Source: Selaginella moellendorffii
Taxonomy: Eukaryota; Plantae; Lycopodiophyta
DNA: 64,000 nt
Direction of reading: 5' to 3'
Assembly (NCBI RefSeq): GCF_000143415.4
Contig: NW_003314261.1
Span: 4,752,691 to 4,816,690, forward strand
Each line of letters opens with the position of its first letter. Positions within the stretch are counted from its first letter, which is position 1. Below the pieces are notes generated by a model that saw only the letters and a list, made by a program, of their open reading frames with translations, was not told where the DNA came from and searched no databases. Of this stretch, positions 38,489 through 50,744 are shown one piece after another. The position numbers and the translations under genes were made by a program.

Positions 38489-40893
38489 ATGCCAGTATTC
38501 AGCGCGTCCGCGTTGGTTTCACCCAGCGCATTCTCGACCTCGCGCTGGCTTGCTGCGAATATCGTGGCTAGCAGCTCCGAGAGGAAGAATGTGAAGTCTT
38601 TCGCCAAGAAGACTTTGCAAGGTGATTCAATCGTGATTGAGATCGCTGATAAAAAGCGATTGGATCGTTTTGGAGCAAGACACGAGAAGACCAGACAAGA
38701 AACACAGTACAAGGCTGGCGATTCTCGGAAGTTTAAAGGACCAGCTGATCCAAAGGAATCGACCAAAGAGGAGGTTTCGTCAGGGTATGTTCCGCTTCCA
38801 AGCAGGGGTGACAAGTTTTTGGAGGAGCAGAAAGTCAGAGACCAAGCTCTGGTAGAGAAACTGGCCGCAAAGCGTGAAAAGAAGAAGGGGAAGTCACAGG
38901 TGGTCAAGCTAAAATCTCTCGAGCCTTGCTGCTATGGTTGCGGTGCAGTTCTCCAGTATACGCAAGAAAACACTCCTGGATACATCAATGCCGAGACGTA
39001 TGAATTGGTAAGTTCCTTTTTCTGGTTACACTTTGATAGTAACAGTCCACGTTCTCTATGCAGAAAAAGAAGCACCATCAGCTAAAATCTGTGCTCTGTA
39101 GCAGATGCCAACTGATGTGCCATGGAAAGCTTATACCTGCCGTCGGTGGCTACGGCATCTATGGACGCGAGAAAGGTTTTGTGACGGCGGAGGAATTGCG
39201 TGCGCAATTGGCACATATACGCGAGGAAAGAGTATTGGTGTTGAAACTCGTAAGTTGATTGTAATTCATGCATCAATCTGAAGTCTTTGTTTGCAGGTTG
39301 ACATTGTGGATTTCAGTGGCAGTTTTCTTACCCGTGTTCGCGATCTCGTCGGGAATAATCCAATTGTTTTGGTGGCGACCAAGGTGCTGTTTCTGTATAC
39401 ATTTCAAAGCTTGTTGTGAATGCATGACTGCAGGTCGATCTTCTTCCTGAAGGTACAGACTTGGCAGCTGTTGGCGACTGGATTGTAGAGTCTACACAAC
39501 GAAAGAAACTGAAGTAACCAATGCGCCCTTTCTATAGCCTGTTTTCTGATGTCGCTGTACTGCTTGTAGTGTAATCAGTGTGCATTTGACGAGCGCGAAG
39601 TACTTCATGGGCATTACAAATATTGTCAAAGAGATTCACCGCGAAAGACAGGTCTGTTTTTTATTCGTTGGCATTATGACTCATGTTGAAAATTATGTTT
39701 TCAGGGACGTGATGTCTATATACTGGTACGTGGGTTTTGAAGTTTTGATTTATTGTGATTATATGTTTTTATTCCAGGGAGCAGCCAACGTCGGTAAATC
39801 CGCATTCATCAGCTCTCTGCTCAGTAAGCTATTCACGTGCACACAATTGAAGAAACGTTCTTGTCTGTCTGTTTTGCAGAAGAAATGGCCGCTAGAGATC
39901 CAATTGCAGCGGTAGCAAGGAAACGCAAGCCAGTTCAGTCAGTTTTACCTGGCACTACAGTCGGCCCAATCTCAATCGATGCTTTTGCTAGTGGAGGGGT
40001 ACGCATTTGATTTTCTTGTTGTCTAAGTTGATCTTCTGCTTAGAGCATGTACGATACTCCTGGGGTTCACCTTCACCACCGTATTGAGACTGCTATCTCC
40101 CCAGACGATCTTCCATCACTTTTTCCAGCTCGTCGTCTTCGAGGCTATGTAGTCTCACCGATTCTTGAACGGAAGGGCCCCGAGTCCATATTTTCAGAAG
40201 CTCTGAAGCAAGCGGAGAAGGACGAGGTGATATCGAACGTACAGGACCTTACCGGCACTACTATGTTCTGGGGAGGCATCGCAAGGATCGATGTCTTGAA
40301 GGTAAATGAATTGGTCTTTTGACAGCTTGTGATTAGAATCGTGTATGCAGGCTCCTCAAAACACCCGGTTGACGTTCTATGCCTCAGCAGCACTGCGGGT
40401 ACACAAAGTCCTCACATCCGAAGCTGACGAGTTCTATAAAGTAAGTTTTTGTTTTCTCAAACTTGTACAGTCTGACCATTTCTCCGCAGAGAGAACTTGG
40501 AAAGACTCTAGTCCCACCATCCGATGAGAGAGCTTCGGCATGGCCCGGTTTAGATCACCGAAACAAGTTCACTTTCGATTACGATGACACCAGGTATGCA
40601 GCCTCTGTTCAGCTCTCTTTTCTTTTCCTTATCGTATATATCCTCGCAGACCTGTCGGAGACATTGCGATATCGGGTCTCGGCTGGATGAGAATGGAGTT
40701 CCTCCAAACGGAAAGTGGAGTTGAAGACTCCTTGGAACTGGAGGTTTATGTCCCCCGGGGAATTGAGGTTTTCCGTCGGCCGGCTATTCCAGTGGGTGCC
40801 AACACGCACTCATGGTACTCGTTCTCAGAGTTGACGGCGGAGCAGGAGAAAACGAGGCCGAGGCTCTACTACAGTGAACACAGGGGATTGTAG
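38489..40893 (+). CDS. NOA1: NO-associated protein 1 / RIF1, circularly permuted YqeH-type GTPase, multi-exon
   Basis: CYGCG...CSRC zinc finger, then TKVDLL (G4), TSAK (G5), GAANVGKS (G1), PGTT (G2), DTPG (G3), DIAISGLGW. Confidence 0.93.
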
Positions 40894-41352
40894 TTTGCAG
40901 TTAGTACTTGCGGCGATACAGTGTAGCGACAAACATTCCGCTCAGAAGAGTTCCCAGCAACCAGGATTCCTGTGATGGTCCCGAAGTCCGACGTGTCCGT
41001 GGATGGACTCTCCAGACAAGCAGCCTCATCCAAGAGCACGTCACACCTCCACGCGAGTTCCTCATGCTGTCCAACGCGAAGAGGAGCAACGAAGAGCAAA
41101 GAAGAGGAGCAAGGAGCAATTACGCACAGAAAGTCTCATGCTTCGCCGAGAAGCGTTTGTTCTTCGTGAAACCAGTTATGGCCAGATAGCAGCAGCATCG
41201 CTTTTGTGGATCCAATCTCTCGGGAGGTATGAGACGATTCCATCTGAGAACTCATCTGTTGAATATTCTATAGCAGATGCTCAGTCGCCAACATATTTAC
41301 TCGGGAATTCTCTACAGCTTTGGTCCCTAGAGATCCATCTCCGGAGATTTCC

Positions 41353-42546
41353 ATGTCGTCGCTTCAGCGATCACGAGCTCTGCCCAGCTCCGAATTCCTG
41401 CAACAGAAGGATCATGCTTCCAATTACTGTGTGGAGAAGCCTCAGAATGCAGCCGCTAGTTTGAGGAAGATCTTTTGTTCTCAGCAAGTTCAGCAAGTGG
41501 GTATCCGTCTTGTGCTCTTTAGAATTTTGCTAAAGTTTTCTCTGCTCAGACGAGGCTCGCACCCGCGGAAAGAATCAAGCAGGGTTTCCAGAGATTCAAG
41601 CAAGAGACATACAAGTAAGCTATCAATTCAATTCTTCCGTTTCACTGCTGCTACTTGACCAGCCAAAAACCAGAGCTCTTCAGCCAATTGGCCACAGGAC
41701 AACATCCCAAGGTCAGCACGTTTGATCGATGTCGATCAATGTTGTGTCCTCAATTACGGTGCTTTTTTCTTGAATTTTTTTTTTTTTTTTTTTTTGGTTT
41801 CCAGTTCATGGTGATCGCTTGCTCCGATTCTAGAGTTTGTCCCACAACAATTCTGGGGTTCCAGCCAGGGGAAGCATTTGTCGTTCGCAACATTGCAAAC
41901 ATGGTGCCTCCTCCGGAACAGGTATCTACTGGTTTAGAAACGTTTTTGAGCTCACCAAGTTCACAGGCTGGCTATCCAGGAACGAGCGCAGCTCTTGAAT
42001 ACGCAGTCACGGCTCTCAAGGTAAATCAAAGATTTGGATCTTTTTTCGTGTTCTAGCTGAGGAAACGTCTCTCCAGGTCGAGAACATTTTGGTGATCGGA
42101 CATAGTAGATGCGGCGGCATCAAGGCTCTCATGACACAAAAAGAAAACACAAACAAATGGAGGTGAGTCTCACATTCGCGTGACGAGAGAGTATCCACCT
42201 TGCCTTTTCTTACAGTTCGTTCATTGAGGACTGGGTCGAAATCGGACGTCCAGCTCGTGCCGTGACGCTCGCCGCAGCAGCCCAGCAGCAAGTTGAGCAC
42301 CAATGTACAAAATGCGAGAAGGCAAGTGACAAGAAGTTTGTCCGAACTTTCAAGCTAAAACAAGTTTGGTCCTTGCAGGAATCCGTGAATGTGTCGCTGG
42401 CAAACCTTCTTGCCTTCCCTTTCATCAAGGAAGCGGTCTCCAGCGGCACGCTTGCTCTCCATGGCGGCTACTACAACTTTGTGGAGGGCTCGTTCGAGTA
42501 CTGGTGGTACGGAATTGACGGGAAGAGCGAGGTGTCCAAGTTCTAG
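41353..42546 (+). CDS. Beta-class carbonic anhydrase, multi-exon (the true start may be further upstream, ~41064)
   Basis: [78 protein letters not shown]. Confidence 0.95.
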
Positions 42547-42600
42547 ATCTCCTGGAGGTCAGTTTGTTATTTGATTGATCGATTGGAAGCGTGATCATCG

Positions 42601-44695
42601 TCACTCCTGCTTGGAAAGCCATTCTGCCCTCCATTCCAAAGGGGATATCAAGACGTGATCGACTTTCCAGCCACATTCTTGCATCTACAATGAAAGAGAA
42701 TAAGAAACGATTGTGATGATTTACTGCTTACCATGGCATAGAGCTTGTTAAAGTTCTCTCCCATCCATTTGGAGCACAGATCTTCGTCCGCGCTCTTGTG
42801 CTTGAGAAGAAGAGCGTGAGTGTAGGCACGCAAGTAATCCTTGGACGTTGCTGTGTGGTGTAGAACCACCTGGATGGAATTTCTTTGGCAGACTAGTAGA
42901 TACTTTCCTGCAGATCAAAAGTTACTTCAAACTAAAACAAACTATGGGCGCACCTGTTCCGTATCTCTCGATAGCCGAAGAACACGCCTCCCACCTGTGC
43001 AATGTAAAATCACCTCTTTGCAACGCTACAAGGATATCCAAAACTCGTTACCTTCCATCCCCGCACAAGGACGAGATTTTCGCACCAAAGATAATGCCAC
43101 TTCTGGACGTGAAAGGTCTCGGTAGGGCGCTCTCCTGGGCCGATGCTTCTTCCGGGGAAGGAGCTGCGACGACACAAAGAAAGAAAACACTGAGCATTGA
43201 CGAATATATATCCTCGCGCACCTTTTCCATCTTTGAGAAAACTTTGTAGAACAATCGCCATTCTTTCAGCGTTGATGCTTGTAAGGCACAGAGCACACAC
43301 CGCCTTGTAGTTCGCTGCGGACAGAGAGTCCATAAGAGCGCGTATTTTTCGTTGCGTGGAGAGCACTTACCATACATGTGGAACGCTGTGAGTGACATGA
43401 AAGAGGTCCACATTAAAAAAATGTTGTTTGCAGTCAATCGCGCAAGAAACATCCCCACGATCATCCCGACGAGCGTTGCTGCGGTCTCTTGGCTTCCTTC
43501 CTGCTCAAAGAAACTTCGAGTTTTAGGCCGAGATATGCTTAGATATCACGAGTTACCTTTGCGGAAACGTCGGCAGCATTTTGCTTCCTGGCGAAGTGTT
43601 GCGTCAGAGCGGCTCTCGTAGCTCCACCGGCCACACCAGCTGATTCAAACGCAGAACTTTAATCCTGGAGTCGACATCGTTAGAGGCGGTTTTCATTCTT
43701 ACTCACTGCTCTTGCGGCGCTCCCTAGGCAAAGAAAGAACATGAAAGCCCTGGGAAACAAAGGAGAAACCAGGTCCATGAGCATTCCTGTGTTTTTTGCT
43801 TTTAGAAATCATGTGAATGGAAAAGCTGGCCGGTTTAAGTTAGAGAAGCTCCTTACCTATGTCGTTCATGAAGTCAGCAGCGAGACGCCACTGCTTGGCT
43901 CGATTGTCCAGATTAGAGCCCTGCAAAAACAGCCAGTTCATAAAATAGAGTAAAAGAGTGAGTCTACTCACTTGGTATAGAGTGAACACTATGCCTCCCA
44001 CCATCCCAGTTAGATCGCGCAAAAACCACTGCCAGTTTAAAACAATCAGAATTTGCAAAGCAAGGAAGAAACAAAGATCCAAGTACCTGAAACGTTGCCC
44101 CTATCGCAGTTGCTGTCGCAGCTCCAACTCCAATGCCACTGAGAAGAGCCTGAAAAATCCGTGTAAGAACTCGATTCATACATTTCGTCCAAGCGATCAC
44201 CTGAGTGGATAGCATGCTTCGTATGTAAGTTGACAGACCCTGGGAAGAAAATCCACACAAACAATGTAAAAAACTCCATGAATCCAGTGAAGAAAAGCAA
44301 TACCTGTAGCGTGTCCCAGGTCTGAAAGGCCAAGTAATCCGAGCTCACGCTGCTTGGATAGCCCTGCAAGAGAGAAAAAAAAGAAACTAATTCTTTACAA
44401 TGGAAGGATCGTCAAATCGGGAAATGTGACCTCTGGCAAAAACGCGAGCACGATCCAAGTCCACGGAGCAATCCTCCTCGTCTTCTCCCTGCGAAAGCCA
44501 AGCTTAGATTCTAGATTCTCGAGATTTTAAGCTAAGAATGCGCTCGATCGATTACCTCCGGACGCGAATCTGGGAGGATTTGGATGCGCTGCCATCGCTG
44601 CCGCTGTTGCTGCGTTGGAGGATCGTGGCAGTGCGCTCTCCACCATGGCCCGCCCGGCACTCGACGACCAACGCCATTTCTTCTCCTCCTTCCAT
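42601..44695 (-). CDS. RUS3: ROOT UVB SENSITIVE family (DUF647) protein, RUS3-like, multi-exon
   Basis: GYPSSVSSDYLAFQTWDTLQGLSTYIRSMLSTQALLSGIGVG, WFLRDLTGMVGGIVF, AKQWRLAADFMNDIG, GATRAALTQHFA, LTAFHMYANYKAV. Confidence 0.9.
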
Positions 44696-44757
44696 AACGA
44701 GGAGCTCTGTTTTTAGGTCTACCAAAAGCCCTAATTTTCAGTGGCGTGGTCGCGGCT

Positions 44758-45859
44758 ATGGCGGGGTTTCTTCGTTCGATGATCCAGGTGCTGCCGATCT
44801 TCTTCTTCCTCGTACTCCAGCACTCCCAGGCCATTCGATTCGACATCGCCCCAGCTGGGACCAAGTGCGTCTCGGAGGATCTGCAGACGAACACTCTGGT
44901 TCTCGCGAATTACCACATCGTCAAGGCGGATCTCCCGCACGGTAGCAATCCCAAGATCAACGCAAGGGTATGGATCGATTCTCTCCTGTTAGCTCTGGTT
45001 TGTGTTGTTGACCCCGTCATGCAAGGCTTCCAGCGATTTCTCTCTTGCTTTTCCTGGACAGATTTCTTGAGTGTTTCTTCTGTTCTTTGTGCTTTGTTTG
45101 GCTTGGAATTTTTTCTTGGATGGAGAGAATAACTTCGGTTTTCTTACTCCCATTTTTTTGATTTGGTTTGGAATTTTTTTGGATGGTATGAAGCTTGTCG
45201 TGCTCTAACTTTTCTCCTCAAGATCTTCATGGAAATCTTGAGGTTCTCTTGGTTTATCTTCGTGTTGTCTAAAGTTCTAACTTTTGGTTTGCATTTTCTT
45301 CTCTCAGTTAACTTCTCCCTATGGTACAACTTTACACTTCGCGGAGAACAAAGACGAAGGCCAGTTTGGCTTCACGACGACCGAGGCCGGGAACTACATG
45401 GCTTGCTTCTGGATGCATTCCCACGCCGACAATGTCCCAGCAAGCATCGAGCTCGACTGGAAGTTTGGAGTCGCAGCGAAAGATTGGGCCAGCATCGCCA
45501 AGAAAGAAAAACTCGAGGTAAATGCTCGGCTGCGCTGTGTTTCTCCTCCTCACTAAGACCAACAACAACAGGGACTGGAGCTGGAACTTCGGAGGCTCGA
45601 AGACGTCGTTGATTCGATCCGGGAGGAGATGTACTACCTGCGAGACAAGTAATCCCTTCTTTCGTTCTTTCAGAGCTGGGTGATCTCACAACGTCGAGCT
45701 GTGAATCCTTGCAGGGAAGCCGAGATGCGCGGCGTGAACGAGACTACGAACGCTCGAGTGGCATGGTTTAGCATCATGTCGCTCTTCCTGTGCCTCATGG
45801 TAGCGGCGTGGCAGCTATGGCACCTCAAATCCTACTTCGAGAGGAAAAAAATCCTCTAG
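44758..45859 (+). CDS. p24 delta (emp24/gp25L/TMED10) cargo receptor, 4 exons
   Basis: Signal peptide, [60 protein letters not shown] (dilysine-type tail). Confidence 0.93.
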
Positions 45860-45980
45860 ACAAATTTTGTGTGTAAGAACAAAAGCTCCTTCCATTCTGT
45901 GTAACACTTTTTTCGGCTTTAACCCCTTTTTAAGCTACTTGTTTTTAGGGTTCTTAGATTTAGGGTGCTTCGCCTTGGAT

Positions 45981-47588
45981 TTAGGGTTCTTGGTGGATTT
46001 CTTCTTCCTCTAGGCGGTGTTGGATCAGTTGTCTCGGCCTCCATCCCACGACGCGGTGGTCGATTGGAATGCTATTCGCTCTACACACCCGCGCGAGAGC
46101 ATCGTAGGCCCATGGCGATGGCTCCAGCCGGTCGGATTCCACCATGGCCACGTACGCCGCCATGGCCTCCCGCCACCGATTCCCCGCCGCCAGCGCTTCC
46201 ACCAGCTTGTTATACGTGATGGAATTGGGCTCGATCCCCGCCGCCTCGAGCCTGCGCATCCACTCCACCGCCCCCGCCGCGTCGCCGCCGCGCGCGCACA
46301 CCGTGATGATGGCATTGTAGCTCGCCAGCCCCATGGCGACTCCTTGCGATTGCATCTCCTCCACGATCCTGGGAATGGCGGCGGCGGCGCCACCGCCGGC
46401 CTTGCCGTGCGCCGCGATGAGCGTCGTGTAGATCGATTCGATCGGCCTCACGCCGCTCCTCCGCATGCTCTCCAGGACCAGCTCCATGTCCCGGATCGAG
46501 ACCAATCGCCCCTTCTCGATCGAACTGAGCAGCGATCCAAAGGATCGCGCGTCGGGCGCGTGGCCCGCCCGGATCATCCGCGCGAAGAGCTCCAGCGTCT
46601 CTTTGCTCCGCCCGGCGCGAGCGCACGCCACCATCGCTACGTCCCACGCCTCCTTCCCGGGCTCTAGCCCCTTGTCCTCCATCTTGCCCAGGAGCATCAA
46701 GCTCCACCTCCACGAGTTCTTCTTCCTCTTGGCGGCGCGGAGGAGGAAGGAGAATTGCTCGCGGATGAGCTTGCGGGTGAGATCGTTGGGCGGGCAGCCC
46801 GCCTCCGCCATGGTCTCGAAGATCTCCAGCGCCGCCCACCACTTGCCGTGCTCGCCCAGGGCCTGGATGCTGTGGTTGCACAGCGCGGTGGTGAGCATCC
46901 GGCGGCGGCGCATGAAGGCGTAGAGCGCGCGGAGGAGGACGTGATCGTTGGCGGCGCCGCCGCATTGGAGGAGTAAGCGGCGGCACTGGAACTTGGAGAT
47001 TGGGAGGCGCGCGTACTGCATCTTGAGGAAGAGCTTCTCGAGAACGTAGCGGTTCTCGCCGCCTGCCAATCCGCTGGCCAGCGCCGCCAGGCAGAGCTCC
47101 AGCACCGCCACGCCCATCTCCTCGATCGAATTCCACGTCTCGGCGGGTGGAGGAGGCGCCAACCCTCGATCACTGCCGTCTGGAGGGATCCCTGTGGATT
47201 CGACGCCCAGGAATTGCTGGCGCGCGCGCCAGTAGAGCTTGAGCGCGCTCTTGGCATCGCTGCTTCTCTGGATGAGATTTCTGTACGCTGGTAGATCCAA
47301 TTCCTTCTCTGCTGGATCATCGCGATCCAGATGCCCGAGCTCAAGAACCCTAGGCAGCGAAAATCCCCGGGGATGATGGTGATGATCACAGATGTCCGGC
47401 GGCGCTGGCTGTCCGCATTGGAGAGACAGTACCTGGGCGGTGCTGGCGGTGGAGGAGACAAGGGTGGTGGTGGCGGCGCTGGGCTTGGTGTGCGCCGCCG
47501 CCCACAATGTCGCGCAGGGGCAGGCCAGCACCCTCATCCCAAACGAATGAATTCGCCCATCGCAAACCCTAGCATCTTTCCCGCGCAC
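45981..47588 (-). CDS. P-class pentatricopeptide repeat protein resembling LPE1, intronless
   Basis: Tandem 35-aa P repeats. KWWAALEIFE...FSFLLRAAKRK...WRWSLMLLGKMEDKGLEP...W..AMVAC resembles Arabidopsis LPE1 as recalled. Confidence 0.8.
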   Translation of the reverse strand: MRGKDARVCDGRIHSFGMRVLACPCATLWAAAHTKPSAATTTLVSSTASTAQVLSLQCGQPAPPDICDHHHHPRGFSLPRVLELGHLDRDDPAEKELDLPAYRNLIQRSSDAKSALKLYWRARQQFLGVESTGIPPDGSDRGLAPPPPAETWNSIEEMGVAVLELCLAALASGLAGGENRYVLEKLFLKMQYARLPISKFQCRRLLLQCGGAANDHVLLRALYAFMRRRRMLTTALCNHSIQALGEHGKWWAALEIFETMAEAGCPPNDLTRKLIREQFSFLLRAAKRKKNSWRWSLMLLGKMEDKGLEPGKEAWDVAMVACARAGRSKETLELFARMIRAGHAPDARSFGSLLSSIEKGRLVSIRDMELVLESMRRSGVRPIESIYTTLIAAHGKAGGGAAAAIPRIVEEMQSQGVAMGLASYNAIITVCARGGDAAGAVEWMRRLEAAGIEPNSITYNKLVEALAAGNRWREAMAAYVAMVESDRLEPSPWAYDALARVCRANSIPIDHRVVGWRPRQLIQHRLEEEEIHQEP

Positions 47589-47661
47589 TAAACCTTGTTA
47601 TTTACTCTAATCTAGTGCCGGGAGAATTTGACGGCTATGATTGGCAATCTAGCCCACCGCG

Positions 47662-48419
47662 ATGGAAGGCGGCTCTGGAAAGGATAGCTACCATCGCAAT
47701 TCCGGTCTTCAGGCCCAAGGATTCAGCAGCGTCCACGCCGCAATCGAGCAAGCCATCGCGAGCAGTGCTCCCCTCTTCCTCGATTCCTCCTTGGATGTGA
47801 TTCGAATTGCCGACTTGGGATGTTCCCACGGCTCCAACACGATCCAGGCCTTGGACTTCGTGGCCCGAGAGATAATCCGGCTGCGAGAGCAAGTGGGCGA
47901 TCGAAAACCTCTGGAGATCCAGGCCATCTTCTCGGATCTGGCAATCAATGACTTCAACACTCTCTTCGCTCTAGTCCGACATCCCCAAGGTGAGCCATAC
48001 TTCTTTAGTGGGGTTCCCGGGTCGTTCTATGGCAGGCTCTTTCCTCGTTCCTCTATCCACTTTGCAATGACGAGCTACGCACTGCATTACCTCTCCAAGG
48101 TCAGTTCTCGCCCAATCGACCTCTCTAAACAGGCTCAAACCTCTGCGCATAGATTCCAGAGTCGATCACGGACAAGAATTCGCCAGCCTGGAACAGAGAC
48201 AGCATGTTTGTCTCCAGATCCTCGCCACCCGCGGCAATCGAAGCCTTTGCCCAGCAAGCCAGCGACGATCTCTCCATCTTCCTCCATAGCCGGGCCCAAG
48301 AATTAGTCACCGGAGGCATCCTCCTCTTGATGTTTCCCATAAGACTCTCCCACGAGCTCAACGAGGCCGATTTCCCCTTCCAATCATTGTGGAAGGATCT
48401 CATCCAAGAGGTAAAGAGC

Positions 48420-48502
<83 letters not shown>

Positions 48503-48876
48503 GTGTAGTCAACACATATGCTGACCCGGTCAACGGTGGACAGGGGCTTGTGAGCCAGGAAAGCTTGGATACTTTCAATTTCCCTGCGTATCTTCGCAGT
48601 GGGGACGAGGTCAGGTCATCACTGGGATCAGTGGACCAGCAATTCACTGTCATTCACTCGGAAAATCTCAAGTTTCCTTGGCTGGATCCAAAATCTTCAA
48701 GCTATGCTGCCACGGCAACCAAGTATTGGAAGGCGGTGTCCAAGCCCTTCATCGAGAAGCACATTGGCAACCAGGAAGTGGTGGAGCTCATGTATGAGCG
48801 AATGCCATCCAAGGTCACAGTGTCGTCTCCTTCTGGAGAGCTGGATATCGTCTTGCTTGTTCTCGTCAAGAAGTAA
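47662..48876 (+). CDS. SABATH-family SAM-dependent carboxyl methyltransferase, 3 exons
   Basis: MEGGSGKDSYHRNSGLQ, IADLGCSHGSNT, SDLAINDFNTLF, GVPGSFYGRLFP, SYALHYLSK, FLHSRAQELVTGG, LDTFNFPAY. Confidence 0.94.
48422..48503. repeat. Interrupted (CT)n microsatellite in SABATH intron 2
   Basis: Direct reading of the sequence. Confidence 0.95.
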
Positions 48877-48899
48877 TATTTGGAGGATGACACTGTCTA

Positions 48900-49335
48900 T
48901 TGGGAAGCGCTTTCACGATCAATGTGCAGTGCTTCCCATGCCATGCGCTCTGGCAGTGGAAGGCATTGCTGGCAGGCTCTCCCACTGGACTGTGAGAGTA
49001 GCCAAGCTCAAGGATGTCTCACAGTCGGCAACATTTGGCATTTTTAAGAGACCCTTCTAGAAAACAGCATTTGCCAGGCCTAGGAATTGGATCCCTCCAA
49101 AATCTCCTTCGATGACAATCCCAAGTTTCTGGCCAAGACAGGGCATTTCAAGTTCACAGGGACATGGAGAACAAAGATGGCACCACCCAAACAAGCTATA
49201 GCAACACTGTCCAGCACTTGGGCTGCTCCAAGGCTTTTAACTTCCAATCCAGTAGTGGTTACTTCTATACCACATGCAGATACAAGCTTGATGATGCCTG
49301 GTGTTTAGTTCGGTGAGGAAAAATACTAGGTTCTT
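48900..49335 (+). pseudogene. Remnant of a 2OG-Fe(II) dioxygenase-domain gene (inverted copy of 50745-51506)
   Basis: PCALAVEGIAG, AKLKDVSQSATFG, ELDPSKISFDDNP; nucleotides 49213-49330 match the reverse complement of ~50950-51087. Confidence 0.75.
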
Positions 49336-49379
49336 GGGCATGTTTAATTTTGTCAACTCAAGCTTGTTTTATATATCTT

Positions 49380-50700
49380 TTAAGACATGAGGCATTTGAA
49401 CCAAAGCACTAGACTTATAACCATATATAGCCATGAATAAAGACATGCTAATTATTAAGCATTACATTAGAGCAAAGCTAAATATTTCTCCTATACTCCT
49501 CATCAAATCAAGTTTTCCATAAAAGACCTCAACACTAAAAGCTAATTTATGTGTTATGTTTGCCCATTGAATTGTTGACGCTCACCACTATTGATATTTA
49601 GCTTAGTCTCTAATTTCTTAGAAACCATTTGCCAAAAATTCAATATAAATTTGGGATCTTGATCACTTATAATGTCATCTAGTAAACTATAAAGACTAAA
49701 TAATTGTCATCTTTACTAGAAAGAAGCAAACCATTTTCATCAAACAATCCCATTTCCTTGAAAAGTCTTAAGAAAATTAGTGATAAAGTCTATTAAGATA
49801 TTATCCCACTTATTCTCAAGTACACATAAAAAATGAAGCTAACAAGCTTCTAATGACTACTTAGTAGGTCAAATAACCATGTATATACTACTTTATTCTA
49901 GGCTAAAAGAAATGCCTCTTCACAAATATATATGTTCTTAGTATTCCTAAATGTCTAGCACTTAACACATCATGACATTCAACCAAAATTCATTTGATAA
50001 GTTTGTCAACACATAAAACCAACACATTTCTCTTCTTCACCAAGATTTTATTTTGTATCTCAAATGATGTAAATTTTAATCTATAGAGGCATCCTTTGAT
50101 AGAACTTTGATGCAAATATCAATGATAAATAAAGGAGTCAAAGTCATTCAACTCCTTAAGCTTATCTAATAGATCATTGGATAGCTTCAAATAAGATAAA
50201 ATTTATTATCCTAAATAATGCATTAGCCACTTTATTGTCACCTCTATATTTGTACTGGATCTTAATAAATATTTTTTGTAAGAACTCTTGCTAACAAGTA
50301 AAGTAGCCTTAAGAATCCTTTTGACAATTAAAATATTAAAGAGATTGATAGTTTGAATCCACATAGAAGTTTGGTCTATATAAATATTATCATTATTCCT
50401 TCACAATAGTAATTATAACATATAACTCTTTGTCTTGAGTGGGGCAATTTCATTGTGTGGAATCAAATTTATGGCTCATATATGCAAAAAGATGCCCAAT
50501 TTAGCCCCAATAATAAAATCACTTCACTCACATCTGTTTCAACCACAAAAAATTCTTCAATACATAAGCAAAGACATAATACTACTTTAACCATTAAAAT
50601 ACCACTTGACACCTCATTCCAACCATGAATATTAATATATTTTGATCATTAAAAACCTCCAACCATACCAAGGAAATTATGGAAATTATGCACTATCAAA
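49380..50700 (-). mobile_element. Heavily decayed Ty3/gypsy RNase H-integrase remnant
   Basis: The minus strand reads HLFAYMSHKF...PTQDKELYVII (RNase H) and SDQDPKFILNFWQMVSKKLETKLN...NGQT (integrase core); many stops; almost no CpG. Confidence 0.8.
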
Positions 50701-50744
50701 AGTATAAGCCAATCAATCATGACTTAGATCTTTCAAACTTGGTG

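Noticed and set aside
37065-47588. Photosynthesis/plastid gene cluster (Lhcb, NOA1, beta-CA, LPE1-like)
   Set aside because: Plastid-targeted genes are common enough for chance adjacency.
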